Shown here piece after piece: positions 13,881 to 26,314 of a DNA stretch of 64,000 nt (the first letter of the stretch is position 1; each line of letters opens with the position of its first letter). Under the pieces are notes generated by a model. The model was given only the letters and a program-made list of their open reading frames with translations, searched no databases and was not told where the DNA came from. Source of the DNA: Octopus vulgaris (lineage: Eukaryota); contig OX597816.1 in assembly GCA_951406725.2 (NCBI GenBank), positions 160,580,001-160,644,000 of the forward strand. Reading direction: 5' to 3'. A program made the position numbers and the translations under genes.

Positions 13881-14517
13881 ATTAAGTGGCAACAAACCAA
13901 CAACAATAACATCAAAATCAACAACAGGGCTAATAGGAAAAATTCTGGGATCGCTCGGCCTGCTAGAAATAAAAGTTAAATCTCTTTCAAGCCACGCTTT
14001 ATCGTCTTAAAAAAAAGAGGACACATTGACTGCGTTCGTTTTTAATTAAAAAAAGAAAAAACAAATTGTTATGGCTGGAACGCCTAAGATCACAGGTTTA
14101 TTTACTTGTGGCCGACTTGTGATTAAAAAACAACTATAATAATATTAATTAAATCCAACGACAACAATATGCTGTCAACAGCAACCATTTCAGCAACGAA
14201 TCAAAAGTATTAGATATAACATGCTGCCCGCTGTAATATTCACACTCGGTTGTTGGGTATCTTTTACTGAAATCACACTTATCAAATATTCAGGCCCTCG
14301 TTTGTTCATATTTTCCCTGCTGACATTAGCTCGCAGATACTCAAGCTCGGAATCGCCTCCATTAACTTCTCTAGAATGGGAAAGCGTGTAAAAGACATGG
14401 GTTCTGCTCCTTCCCCCAGGATTACTTTTAACAAAAAGCAAAGCATATATAATACGTTGTGTGCTATCGTTTGTAATACATGCTAAACCATTCTTGTCGG
14501 CAATGTAAACATTTTAG

Positions 14518-15072
14518 GCGACGGCATGACTGTATCGTTAAGAATCTCGCTTTGCAACCAGGTGATTTCGAGTTCAATGCCACTGCACGACACTTTGGGT
14601 AAGTGTCTTCTACTATAGTCCTTGGTTGACCAATGCTTATCAGTGAATTTTATTGACAGACACTGTGTGGAAGCCCATCGTATATATATATATATATATA
14701 TATAGGTAAACAGTAAAAATAATTAAATCTAAGCCAAGCGCATTAGATCCCCTGGAAGAAAACTTCGAATGTATACAACACGAGGACGGAAAACGAACGA
14801 AGTACACGAACAAAAATACAGAATACGTGACACCAATAAGAATATAAAAACGTAAAAACAATAACGGTAAAAATAAAAAATAAACAACAAAACAAAACCA
14901 GGACGTAGGACAAGGGTCTTTCGACAGGACGAGTTGAGTATGGGGCTGGCTTATGAAGTTGTGCCTAATGGCCGCAGGGAGACGAACAAATACGTGTTGC
15001 TTCGGCGGCTGCTGGAACGAAAAGAGCGCTCAACAGCGGCTAGCGGTCACGTGATATATACATACACACATC

Positions 15073-15113
<41 letters not shown>

Positions 15114-15191
15114 TTATATATGCTTATATACACACATACCCACATATATATATGCTTGTATACAAACATGTATATATATATATGTATATAA

Positions 15192-15271
<80 letters not shown>

Positions 15272-15542
15272 GCACATACATATGTGTACATATATATATG
15301 TGTGTGGATGTATATATACATATATATGTATGTATATATGTGTGTGTCTTTGTGTCTGCTTCTTTCGCTTGGTAACCGTTGTTGGTTTGTTAACATCCAT
15401 ATAATTTAGCAGTTTAGACAAATGAGACCGTTACAATAAGCACCGGATTTAAAAAAGAAGTACATGTGTCTATTCGTTCGAGTAAACTCTTGAAGCCAGT
15501 GCTCCAGCATGGCCGCATTCAAATAGCTAAAACAGGTAAAGA
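14518..15542 (+). mobile_element. SINE type A, interrupted in its internal microsatellite
   Basis: 5' module 14518-14682 and 3' module 15345-15542 are collinear, with foreign sequence 14705-15052 between them. Confidence 0.6.
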
Positions 15543-16393
15543 AGTAAACGATGAATTCAATTAACAGGGTAAACAAACAAACTGAGAAACAAAAGAAGTC
15601 AAATCTAATCCTGTTACTAAAATAACAACCAAGCAACACTCTGGGTTAGAAAGATGGCATTCTCTCGCAGTTTGACTTTATGAGATTGTGGTAAATAAAT
15701 ATAGCTACAACCCTTTATCTCTGACCCTGCTATCAACCTCTTAGAAATGATAACAGAATAGACAAAGCGGAGAGAATGAAACGAAGGTAGAATAGAGAGT
15801 TGAAAGATAGAAGTAAGAGAAATGGAGTAGGGAATGGGGAGAGATACGGAAGAGGTATACGAGGATAAGAGAAAAGGGATAGAAGAGCATTGAAGACCGG
15901 TGAAATAGAGATAGGGAAAGAAGTGAAAGAAAAGGCAGAGATGAAATAAAGATGGCGAATGTGGGGGAAAAAGAGCTGAGAGTAAAGGAAAAAGTGGGAT
16001 AAGACGAAGGATAGAGAAAATATAAAAGAGGAGAAAATGGAGGAGAGAAGAAAGGAACTGTAACATGTTTCACATGGTTGGCTCATCAAATCAAAGGACA
16101 AGGGGTTCACCAACCAATTCGCTGGCATCATTTAAAAGAACAATGAAATAATTGTATGTATGGTGGCATATTTCTTTTCAACAAATGTAGATTGTTGGCG
16201 TAATTGTTTTTCTGAAAAATTTAAGTATGTTGGATATTTTTTATCTTAGTATTCATGTAGCCTATTGAGGGGGTATGCTCGAGCCTTTCTGTAAAACTGA
16301 TATAGGTTCAAAAGTCCACTGGAATTTTTCTCGATAGTTCCGCGATGTGCGAAAACTGACCCCGGATCCTTTCATCGTCATTGTGTATGTATT

Positions 16394-17581
16394 ATTTTAC
16401 TTGTTTCAGTCATTTGACTTCGGCCATGCTGGAGCACTACCATTATTAGAATAAATCGACCCCAAGACTATTAATGCCGAACCGCTAAGTGATGGGGACG
16501 TAAACACACCAACATCGGTTGTCAAGCGATGGTAGGGGGACAAACACAGACACAGACAACAAACACATACATACATATACATATATATCTATATTAGAAG
16601 GTTTGGAGATGATGTACAGGTATTTTATATTAGAAGAAATGAGGTACTCAGAAATTCGGATGGTTTTATATTTACAGATATTTATTTGTATATTACATGT
16701 TTTTATACATTATATAACTTATATCATATATCATATATTAGCGCTTTCGTCCATTCTGGTGGAGTTTTCAAATTGAACTAAGTTCCTGTGGAAAAATGTT
16801 GACCATTTTATAGTGTTATTGAGTGTGTAGTGGTGGGGAGGGATATGAGATAGTACAAGAGGGTGATGAATGGGGAGAAAGTGAGAGAGAGCAAGTGTGT
16901 GTGTGTGCGTGTGTGTGCGCGTGTGTTTGTGTGCGCGCATGTATGTGTGTGTGTGTGTGTGTTTTTGTATCTGAAAGAAGTCTTAAAGAAAATGAAGGAA
17001 AGGAAGAAAAGGGAGAGAGGGAAGAAGAAAAAATTGTTTTGCTGGTTTCTTTTGTAGTTGGTCAGGATGTTTACTCCAAGGGGGGGTCTAAGATCTTGGG
17101 GAAAAAAATTTTGACCATTTTATAGTGTTATTGAGTGTGTAGTGGTGGGGAGGGATATAAGATAGTACAAGAGGGTGATGAATGGGGAGAAAGTGAAAGA
17201 GAGCATGTGTGTGTATGCGTGTGAGTGTGTGTGTGTGTGCGCGTGTTTGTATCTGAAAAAGGTGTTAAAGAAAAAGAGGAAAGGAAGAAAAGGGAGAGAA
17301 AGAATATCATAAATTGTATTTCCTTTTTATCACTGTCTTGTGTGTGAGAGAGAGAGAGAGAGAGAAAGAGAGAGTATGTGTGTGTGTGTTTATGTGCGCG
17401 CGTGTGTGGTGCGTGTGTTTGTGTCTTTGTATCTGAAAGAGGTGTTAAGGAGGAATGGTCAAGTTGGTTGAATGATCTTTATATTTTTTTGCAACTGTAA
17501 ATGATTTTTGGTTTTTAGAAATCGGCCATTTCAAAAAAGAATTGTCTGAATTTCTTTTTATCATTGTTTTTGTGAAGGTAT

Positions 17582-17669
<88 letters not shown>

Positions 17670-17851
17670 GTGTGTATTGGTGCCAGTGAATCTGGAAGGG
17701 GTGCCGTTGGAGAAGGGAAGAAAGAAGAAAAAGAGGAAGAAGAAATAATTGTGTTGATATTTATACCACTATTCAGTTCTTTGTATCCAATGTTTGATTC
17801 CTGTGCTTACATGGGATGGAAAATCTGGATTATAAAAACAGGTTCACAAAC

Positions 17852-17883
<32 letters not shown>

Positions 17884-18047
17884 GACGGGCTTCTTTCAGT
17901 TTCCGTCTACCAAATCCACTCACAAGACTTTGATCGGCCCGAGGCTATAGTAGAAGACACTTGCCCAAAGTGCCACGCAGTGGGACTGAACCCGGAACCA
18001 TGTGGTTGGTAAGCAAGCTTCTTACCACACAGCCACTCCTGCGCCCA
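16394..18047 (-). mobile_element. SINE type A, interrupted by about 1.3 kb in its internal microsatellite
   Basis: 3' module 16394-16585 and intact 5' head 17882-18047 (GGCGCAGGAGTGGCTGTGTGGTAAG) are in the same orientation. Confidence 0.6.
16799..17300 (+). repeat. Tandem duplication with a unit of about 310 bp
   Basis: TTGACCATTTTATAGTGTTATTGAGTGTGTAGTGGTGGGGAGGGATAT... starts at about 16799 and again at about 17111. Confidence 0.85.
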
Positions 18048-18535
18048 TATAGTAATTTTCCACGTAGTATGTATTTCACTGTTTGATTGCGACTACGTAC
18101 GATTTCTTTTTTTTTTTTTTTTTGCCAAGTTGTTTCTATGCATTTACTCAAAGAAGAGAACCAATTCTTTTGCCAGGCTTCTATGAATGGTAAAAATTAT
18201 AGGGGTAAGTATTCATTATCCGACAGAATAAATAGCCCACCATGCCAACGTGTCTGCATTCAAGGTCATTATGTATGTATGTATGTATGTATGTATGTAT
18301 GTATGTATGTATGTATGTATGTATGTATGTATGTATGTATGTATGTATGTATGTATGTATGTATGTATGTATGTATGTATGTATGCGTGATTGTGTGTGC
18401 ATGTGTGTATGTATATATATGTGTGATTGTGTGTTTGTGTATATGTATCTATGTATGTGTGATTGTATGTGTATGTAGGTATGTATGATTGTGTGTGTAT
18501 GTGTATATGCATGGATGTATGTTTGTATGTGTGTA

Positions 18536-18590
<55 letters not shown>

Positions 18591-18618
18591 ACGTACGTAC
18601 GTACACTGTCTACATAGA

Positions 18619-18925
18619 GAAGGCGCGTGGCTCAATGTCCAGGGTGTTCGGTTCACAAACGTAAGGTCGTAAGCCTGATTCTCAGTGGTGCGTTGTGTTA
18701 CTGAACAAAATACTTTATTCCCTGTTATTCCAGTCCATTCAGCTAATAAAAAATGAGTAGCACTTGTAATTCAAAGGGCCAACCTTGTGGCATTCTGTGT
18801 CATGCGAAACCTCTGAGAACTACATTAAAGTTTAGCGAGTGGTCAGCCATTTGCAAGTTAATTTCCCGATTAGGTTGTTCCGTTGATCGAATCATCTGGA
18901 GCACTCATCGTTGTTATCGACGAGA
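18619..18925 (+). mobile_element. SINE head D + tail X (diverged)
   Basis: GAAGGCGCGTGGCTC... TCCAGTCCATTCAGC...AAAATGAGTAGC, then TTCAAAGGGCC...CTGAGAACTAC...TGTTCCGTTGATCG. Confidence 0.7.
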
Positions 18926-19584
18926 GCTAGGCTAGGCCACACTCTCTACATAATACGTATCCCAGACAATCATTCTCTCTAGTTCCTATTTCCCACACAA
19001 CAATCATTTATACAATCACCAAGCAATAAATTACTGCAATGTATATATAATGGATACCAGAGACTGTAACAACTCAGGTAACCCTCTTTCTCCACAACTA
19101 AAACTCATTAATACAACACACACCACAGTGCTTATTCTAGCCTCATAAATCTTTACCTGAATGGCAGCTCACTCTTAGGAGTGTTGTGAGCTCATAAGAA
19201 GGTGAGAAATATCAAGTAGGTGCCAAGTGAGGCGCCAGGTGTTTGGACGGGTTGTAATTTTACTTAGAAATAAAATATTTAGACTTGATGAAATATCTAT
19301 ATTTTAAGCATAATTTTAAAACAGTGAACAAAAAACATGACTGTTGATGTATCAAAAACCAGAATAATTTCATTAGGTAAATTCTTCGCTTTCTTTAGTA
19401 ATTTTTATATAAAATTTAAGGGGCACCAATCCGCACAAATTCTGAAAAAGAGGTAAAAAAAACAAACAAAAGGGATGGGGCACCATGTGGTTGGGAAGCA
19501 AACTTCTCACAACGCAGTTATGCCTGCGCCTAGAGAAATAAAATTCTACACCACACTTCCCACCAAAAGAAGAAAAAAACATGT

Positions 19585-19747
19585 AGGCGCAGGAGTGGCT
19601 GTGTGGTAAGAAGCTCGCTTTCCAACCACAAGGTTCTGGGTTCAGTCTCACTATGTGGCGCCTTGGGCAAGCGTCTCCTACTATAGTCTCGGGCCGACCA
19701 AAGCCTTGTGAGTGGAATTAGTAGACGGAAGCTGAAAGAAGCACGTC

Positions 19748-19830
<83 letters not shown>

Positions 19831-19975
19831 TTCTCCCCATTACCATCGCTTGATAACCGAAGTTGGTGTGTTTACGTCTTTGTAACTTAGGGGCTCGGCA
19901 AAAGGGACCGATAGAATAAGTACTAAAGGCGATACTCCAGCATGGCCGCAGACAAATGACTGAATCAAGTAAAAG
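19585..19975 (+). mobile_element. SINE type A, near full length
   Basis: A box TGGCTGTGTGG, B box GGTTCAGTCT, internal (TA)n(TG)n, 3' module. Confidence 0.85.
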
Positions 19976-20010
19976 GAGAAAAAAATACCTCAGGAACATG
20001 GAGTAGTATC

Positions 20011-20102
20011 TAATAAACACTCACAACGCCCGGTCTGGGAATCGAAACCGCGATCCTACGACCGCAAGTCCGCTGCCCTAATCACTGGATCATTGCGCCT
20101 CC
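20011..20102 (-). mobile_element. SINE head C fragment
   Basis: AATAAACACTCACAACGCCCGGTCTGGGAATCGAAACCGCG...TTGCGCCTCC. Confidence 0.75.
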
Positions 20103-20184
20103 ATAGCACTCGTTCCCTGACCGAGCTCGTCTTACGATTTACTCGAAAATAGAAATACACACAAAAGTTTTGATAATAATACTT

Positions 20185-20345
20185 TCTACAATAAGCACAA
20201 GGCCTGAAACCTGGTAGGGGGAGGATATCGATTATATCGACCCCAGAGCTTAACTGATAGTCATTTTATAAACTTCGAAAGGATGAAGGGCTAAGTCGAC
20301 CTCGGCGGGATTTGAACTTGGATTGTAAGGAACCGGAAGAAATAC
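20185..20345 (-). mobile_element. SINE type B (diverged)
   Basis: TCGATTATATCGACCCCAG...AAGTCGACCTCGGCGGGATTTGAAC. Confidence 0.6.
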
Positions 20346-20593
20346 TGACAGTGCTCAGACGATTCAACCAATACATCATCCATGAGGCTAGAAATTTTGA
20401 GTGACGTCGACGTTAGTCGATACCGAATACTTTTCTTCTTGATTGGCACTGTATTTTGTCGCTCTAGCGGGATAAATGAGCAAAATTAACCTAGGCGAGG
20501 TCTGAACTCTGAACGTTAGGAACTGGAACAAGTGACACGAACCAGTTTTTGTCCATCTTTCTAAGGATTCGGCCAATCTACCACTCAAATACG

Positions 20594-20971
20594 TGGCACT
20601 CCGTCGGTTGCAACGACGAGGGTTCCAGTTGATCCAATCAATGGAACAGCTTACTCGTGAAATTAACATGCAAATGGCTGAGCACTCCACAGACACGTGT
20701 ACTCTTAACATAGTTCTCGGGGAGATTTAGCGTGACACAAGGTGTGACAAGGCTGGCCCTTTGAAATACAGGTACAACAGAAACAAGAAGGAGTGAGAGA
20801 AAGTTGTAGTGAAAGAGTACAGCAGGGTTCACCACCACCCCGTGCTGGAGCCTCGTGGTGCTTTTAGGTGTTTTCGCTCAATAAACACTCACAGCGCCCG
20901 GTTTGGGAATCCAAACCGCGATCCTACGACCGCAAGTCCGCTGCCGTAGCCACTAGACCACTGCACCTCCA
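20594..20971 (-). mobile_element. SINE head C + tail X
   Basis: Collinear with 45377-45742. TSD CACTCAAATA (20582-20591 / 20975-20984). Confidence 0.85.
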
Positions 20972-20997
20972 CAGCACTCAAATAAGATAATCATAAT

Positions 20998-21352
20998 TAC
21001 GGTGATGCCTTACAGTACGAGTTTAATTCATTTCCTGACCTATTTACTCGTTTTACAAATCAATTTTCCCCATTGAAATTAAGTAAAATATAATTAAACT
21101 GTTCCAGCCCCCCAAAACCAATGAAAAGGGTTTCAAAACAGAAAAGGTGTGGTTACAAGTAAAATGACAATTATAAAAAAGAAAATGCAAAAGAAAGATG
21201 TAAACTGGTTTTATTAACTGAATTACCTTAAAGATTTGTGTGCTCGTACTGCGGATTTCGGCACGTACTTCAAGACAAAAGTTCGCACGAGTCTCGGCTC
21301 GTACAGATAATTACTCGTACAATGGTGCACGGGTACTGCGAGGGTCTACTAT
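20998..21352. mobile_element. Probable Tigger/pogo-type MITE
   Basis: TA-flanked imperfect TIRs TACGGTGATGCCTTACAGTACG / GTACTGCGAGGGTCTACTATA, with internal repeats of CTCGTAC. Confidence 0.4.
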
Positions 21353-21369
21353 ATTATAATTTAACTTTG

Positions 21370-21580
21370 GGCGGCGAGCTGGTATATTCGTTGGCGCGCC
21401 AAACAAAACACTTATAGGGATTTTGTTCGTCTTTACGTTCTGAGTTCAAATTCTGCTGAAGTCGACTTTGCCTTTCTTTCATGGTTGATAAAATAAATAC
21501 CAGTTGCACGCTGGAGCCGATGTATTGACTTAATCCATCCTCCAAAATTTCAGGCCTTGTGCCTATAATAGAAAGAATTA
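21370..21580 (+). mobile_element. SINE type B monomer (diverged)
   Basis: GGCGGCGAGCTGG head ... AATTTCAGGCCTTGTGCCTATAATAGAAAG tail. Confidence 0.7.
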
Positions 21581-22126
21581 TCATGATTTGACTTCATGAT
21601 TGAAAGTTGTTTTCTTAATGACCTTTAACCTTACAAATGATGAGAGATGATTTGAACCCAGGACATGAAAATCATAGTTTAACACTGAAAGACATTTTGT
21701 CTGGCGATGAAGAGATTAAGTGAAACATTGCTATGAAATTAGGTGAAGAGAAATGTGCAAGACAACATTGTGAAGAAAAATAATAAAAAAAAACACACAC
21801 AGAACAATCATAAAAGCCCAGAAATGTCTTGATAAACAAAGTAACAGATATGAGAAAGTAAGAGAAAACACAGACATGTTTACAAATGCTTATGAATTAA
21901 TAAACTGAGTCGAATAAATATTCTCACGAAAGATAGAAAAAGTTCGTGAATGAATATTATAGGTCGACCAGATAAATACTTAAAATTGAACAATTAATAA
22001 AGGTTAGACGTATAATAAAGTTATTGTTGTATTTAGGAATGGTCATTATAGTGTTAAATGTCTGAATGATGTGTTGTAATATATACATACAAACACACAC
22101 ACACTCACACACACACACACATATAT

Positions 22127-22158
<32 letters not shown>

Positions 22159-22244
22159 ATATATATATACACATATATACACACACACATATATGTACGT
22201 ATGTATTTTCTATGATTGTATGTGTGAGTATGTGCGTGTGTGTA

Positions 22245-22287
<43 letters not shown>

Positions 22288-22445
22288 AGAACAGTTTCAT
22301 ACCTTGGTTTCTTCACTTTTTCCTTCTTCAAACTCTCTAACTTTCTGAAAAAGACCTAAAACTCGAAACGTCAAATACATTTTTACTTAATCCCTATTTA
22401 AGCCGCAAGCTAGTGATTACACTTTGTTCTCTCATTACCATGTTG

Positions 22446-22516
<71 letters not shown>

Positions 22517-22539
22517 GAGAGAGAGAGAGAGAGAGAGAG

Positions 22540-23600
22540 ATCAAAAGTTTTTTTCGTATTTCAAGCTTTAATTAATAGTCCAAACAAATTACATTCGTAA
22601 TATGATTCACCAAAATATATCCCATCATATTCTATTGTTAGTTACCATCGTTGCGCCTTAAGCTCAATTCCATGCTTACATCATTTGACTGGTTTAGCGG
22701 CAAAATCTTGCAACCATTTTCAACCTCATCCATATTGTTAAACCTCCATCCGTGCAGGAAATGGGCCACAGCGCGCAAAAAGTGGTAATCTGATGGTGCA
22801 AGATCTGGGACTGTAAGCCTGGTGAGGCAACAGTTCCAGCCCCTCATGCTCCTTTAAGTTTGCGCTTGGTCATATTGGCAGTATTTACTGGGGTATTGTC
22901 ATGCGGTAGGAGCGCGCATCTTCGATTAAGCAATTCCAGGTAGCGGGCTTTCAAAGTATCATATACTCACAGAAGTTGTTGAGCATAAAGGCCAGTGTTC
23001 ACAGCATGACCACCTGGGAAGAGCTCAAAGTGCAACACTTCCTCGAGATTCCACCGAACACTCAACATGACCTTCTGTTCATACCGACCTTGTTTGACAT
23101 CTAGTTCTGAAGCCTTGCCAGAATGAAGCCACTGCTTTTTCGCATTAGGATTACAAAAATAGATCCATTTTTCATCTTCATTTACAATTTGGCGCCCAAA
23201 ACAGGCACCTCCAGTTGTTATCAGAAGTTGTTTGCAAATGTTCACATGTCGTTGAGCTTGGTCATTGGTCAGAACGCGAAGAGCTCGACTGAGTCTGTTT
23301 ACAAGGCCGAGGTTATGGAGGTGTTGATAGATGGTGCTTTGTGCGACAATGAACAAGCGCTTGGCTGTTGCTCAACCATTTCAAGCAAAGCCTCATTTTC
23401 TTCAACAGAAGTTCTCTGTATGACCTTGGTTTAATTTCGAGGCTGATATCAAGTTCATTGAATCATCTGAGCTAGTTTTGTGTCACACGTTCGTTTTCAA
23501 TTCCTAGAACTTCTACATCATTAATTTCTTTTGCTTCAGTCTTTGTACTCTGTCTTTTCTTCTGATTATCAAAGCTATAAAATAAAGAATAAATAATTAA
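22540..23600 (-). pseudogene. Degenerate mariner (DD34D-type) transposase / Tc1-mariner DNA transposon relic
   Basis: Frameshifted segments IVNEDEKWIYFCN...KVMLSVRWN (22967-23356), ALLPHDNT (about 22890-22915) and PDLAPSDYHFL (22638-22847) give the three catalytic-motif regions of mariner transposases. Confidence 0.9.
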
Positions 23601-23927
23601 TGTTTACATGTTATGTATAAAAATAAAGATAAACAATACAGGAACGATTGGACGACAAGTTGTACCAAATTAAAGATATAACATAGAGATACAAGTTGCC
23701 AAAAACAATCAGTAAAATCCGAAAAAGACACCAAACGACCTGGTATATATATATATATAATATCAAAATAAGCAACAGGATATCAAGTAGTGATGCAGTG
23801 CGACCCCATTTAATTGAACAATGCAATCATTACATCAATTTAAAAGCAGTGCCATATTCAGCTGCACAAATAAATAAATTATATTAATGTGTCCTACTTG
23901 TTAAAATTTCATTTATTTATTTGTACA

Positions 23928-24118
23928 GCGTATGTGTTCCCCAGGTGGATGGGACGCCAGTCCATCGCAGCGTTACTCATTTTTGCCAGCTGAGTGGACT
24001 GGAGCAATGTGAAATGAAGTGTTTTTCTAAGAACACAACGCGTCGCCCGATCCAGAAATCGAAACCACAATCTTACGATCATGATGCTGACGCCCTAACC
24101 ACCAAGCCACGCGCCTCC
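23928..24118 (-). mobile_element. SINE head D + tail V
   Basis: Minus strand: GGAGGCGCGTGGCTTGGTGGTTAGGG...CTCCAGTCCACTCAGCTGGCAAAAATGAGTAACGCTGCGATGGACTGGCGTCCCATCC. Confidence 0.8.
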
Positions 24119-24339
24119 ACAAGCGTTATTTAAGGAAGAAATTATTTGACAGTGGGTAGGAGGAGGTAGAATAAAATCAAAAAGTGAGAAAGGTAGAAGG
24201 AGAAAGAGGAAGAAAACTTAATATTAATTAGATTGCAGTTGTAGAAGATGTAAACTTCACGACTTCAACTGTTGTTATCTTCATGACCTCAATTGGCGAC
24301 GCAAGAACCTCACCTCCCTACTTGCCTAGCATGCACTTA

Positions 24340-24995
24340 CAACAAGGATCAATTTGCTAAGCATTTCTCTAAACTCTGAAATATCAGGATAAGGCGATGC
24401 CAAGGTAAGCGTTAACATTAAAAATATCCAGCAAAACTGATCAATGACAAGGAAGAACATGAAAGAACTCAATACTGACTCGCATATTTATGATTCAAAC
24501 CATAAAGCAATGGTATTTTGAGATCACTGCTGAAAGCCAACGCAATAACTCCATCATTAACAACAGAAAAGGAGCATAATGTGAGAAAATATATTAAATT
24601 AATTACAAAATATGTAGTGGATTCGAAGAAGCGATCAATCACATGGATTCTAGTTGGTTATATTTTTGACAAGAATAAACCACATGAACAAACAACATAA
24701 CTGCTGGAACCTTCGTACACAGGAAGCTCTGTAAATATTACAAATTCCCTGGGGAAATAGGAAAGAATCGTATACCATAATAAGGTCAGAAAATGATAAT
24801 ATAAATCATACGATAGAACAGGCTGTTTCTCTATGATTAAGAATGAAAACCAAAGCGATCGGTCATAGTTTTCAAGGGTCATTTGATAAAAACACAATGC
24901 TTTCTTTTGGCTGTTTCAATTACACTGGACTATGGCAGAATAACTCTAACAGAACGGAAGTAATTAGCTGAAAGCCATGAATACAGAGATTTCCA
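24340..24995 (+). pseudogene. Probable R4/Dong-type (restriction-like endonuclease) non-LTR retrotransposon C-terminal relic
   Basis: Degenerate CCHC knuckle KICSGFEEAINHMDSSW, then WNL..LCKY-like, CFLLAVSITLD and EISK segments in the expected order. Confidence 0.45.
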
Positions 24996-25114
24996 AAACT
25001 CGTGCGTTTCCGTGCGTGCGTGTCCATGTGAGTGTGTGTGTGTGTGTGTGTGCATGCACTGTGTTTATTTGTATACGTATATAGAAGCAAAGCTCAGTTT
25101 ATAAAGACAACTAA

Positions 25115-25190
25115 GCTACTACTACTATTACAATTGCTGCTGCTGCTGTTACTACTACTACTACTATTACAATTGCTGCTGCTGGTCCTG

Positions 25191-25248
<58 letters not shown>

Positions 25249-25425
25249 AGCTGCTGCAACTACTACTACTACTATTACTACTGCTACTACTACTGTTGCT
25301 GCTACTGTTACTACTGCTACTACTACTACTACTACTACTACAGCTGCTACTACTACTACTACTACTACTACAGCTGCTGCTACTACTACTATTATTACTA
25401 CTACTGCTACTGCTGCTTCTTCTAC
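25115..25425. repeat. (CTA/CTG)n block
   Basis: Directly visible. Confidence 0.95.
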
Positions 25426-25574
25426 TATTTATATACGTATATAGACAACAGCAACAGCAACAGTAGTAGAAGTAGTAGTATAGGCACAAATCTAGTGGGA
25501 GGGGTTAGTATATTACATTGAGCCCCTCCGCAAGCACCGCCTTTAGTCATGCAAATCACCTCCCCTCCCCCAGG

Positions 25575-25724
25575 ATTTATTCTTTGTAAGCCTAGTACTT
25601 ATTCTATCGGTTTCTTTTTGCCGAACCGCTGAATCACGGGGACGTAAACACACCAGCATCGGTTGTCAAGGGATGTTGGCAGGGACAAACTCAGACACAC
25701 GCCTACACACACACGCCTACACAC

Positions 25725-25793
<69 letters not shown>

Positions 25794-25949
25794 CACATAT
25801 ACGACGGTCTTCTTTCAGCTTTCTCACAAGAGTTTAGTCGGCCCGAAGCTATAGTAGAAGACATTTGGCGAAGGTGCCACGCAGTGGGATTGAACCCGGA
25901 ATCATGTGGTTGGTAAGCAAGCTACTTACCACACATCCACTCCTGCGCC
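25575..25949 (-). mobile_element. SINE type A
   Basis: Head ...CACTCCTGCGCC at 25949, internal (CA)n(TA)n. Confidence 0.8.
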
Positions 25950-26279
25950 TGAGAAACTATGCACAATTGATTGTGATTAGAGGAAATTATGTTGTTATGC
26001 ACCTTTGCATTGCGAAACAAGGCACGTATAATCTTAATGGAATATTTTGCTTTCAAAATGTGTTGTACTGGACTGTGACTGTCCATTCTCATAAACAATA
26101 TGTATACGTATACATATAAATGTATGTGTGCACACGCGTATGTGTGTGTGTGTGGGATGTGTGTGTTTGTGTGTGTGTGTGTGCATATATGTATAGTCAA
26201 TAATATTGTTTGCGTGTGCGGATTATACCGACCTAGCAAGGTGCCTCAATTTAAATACCTAATTCAACGGAATCTTAAT

Positions 26280-26314
<35 letters not shown>

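Noticed and set aside
15617-16131. Hydrophobic F/L/S-rich ORFs
   Set aside because: Antisense reading of a GA-rich low-complexity stretch.
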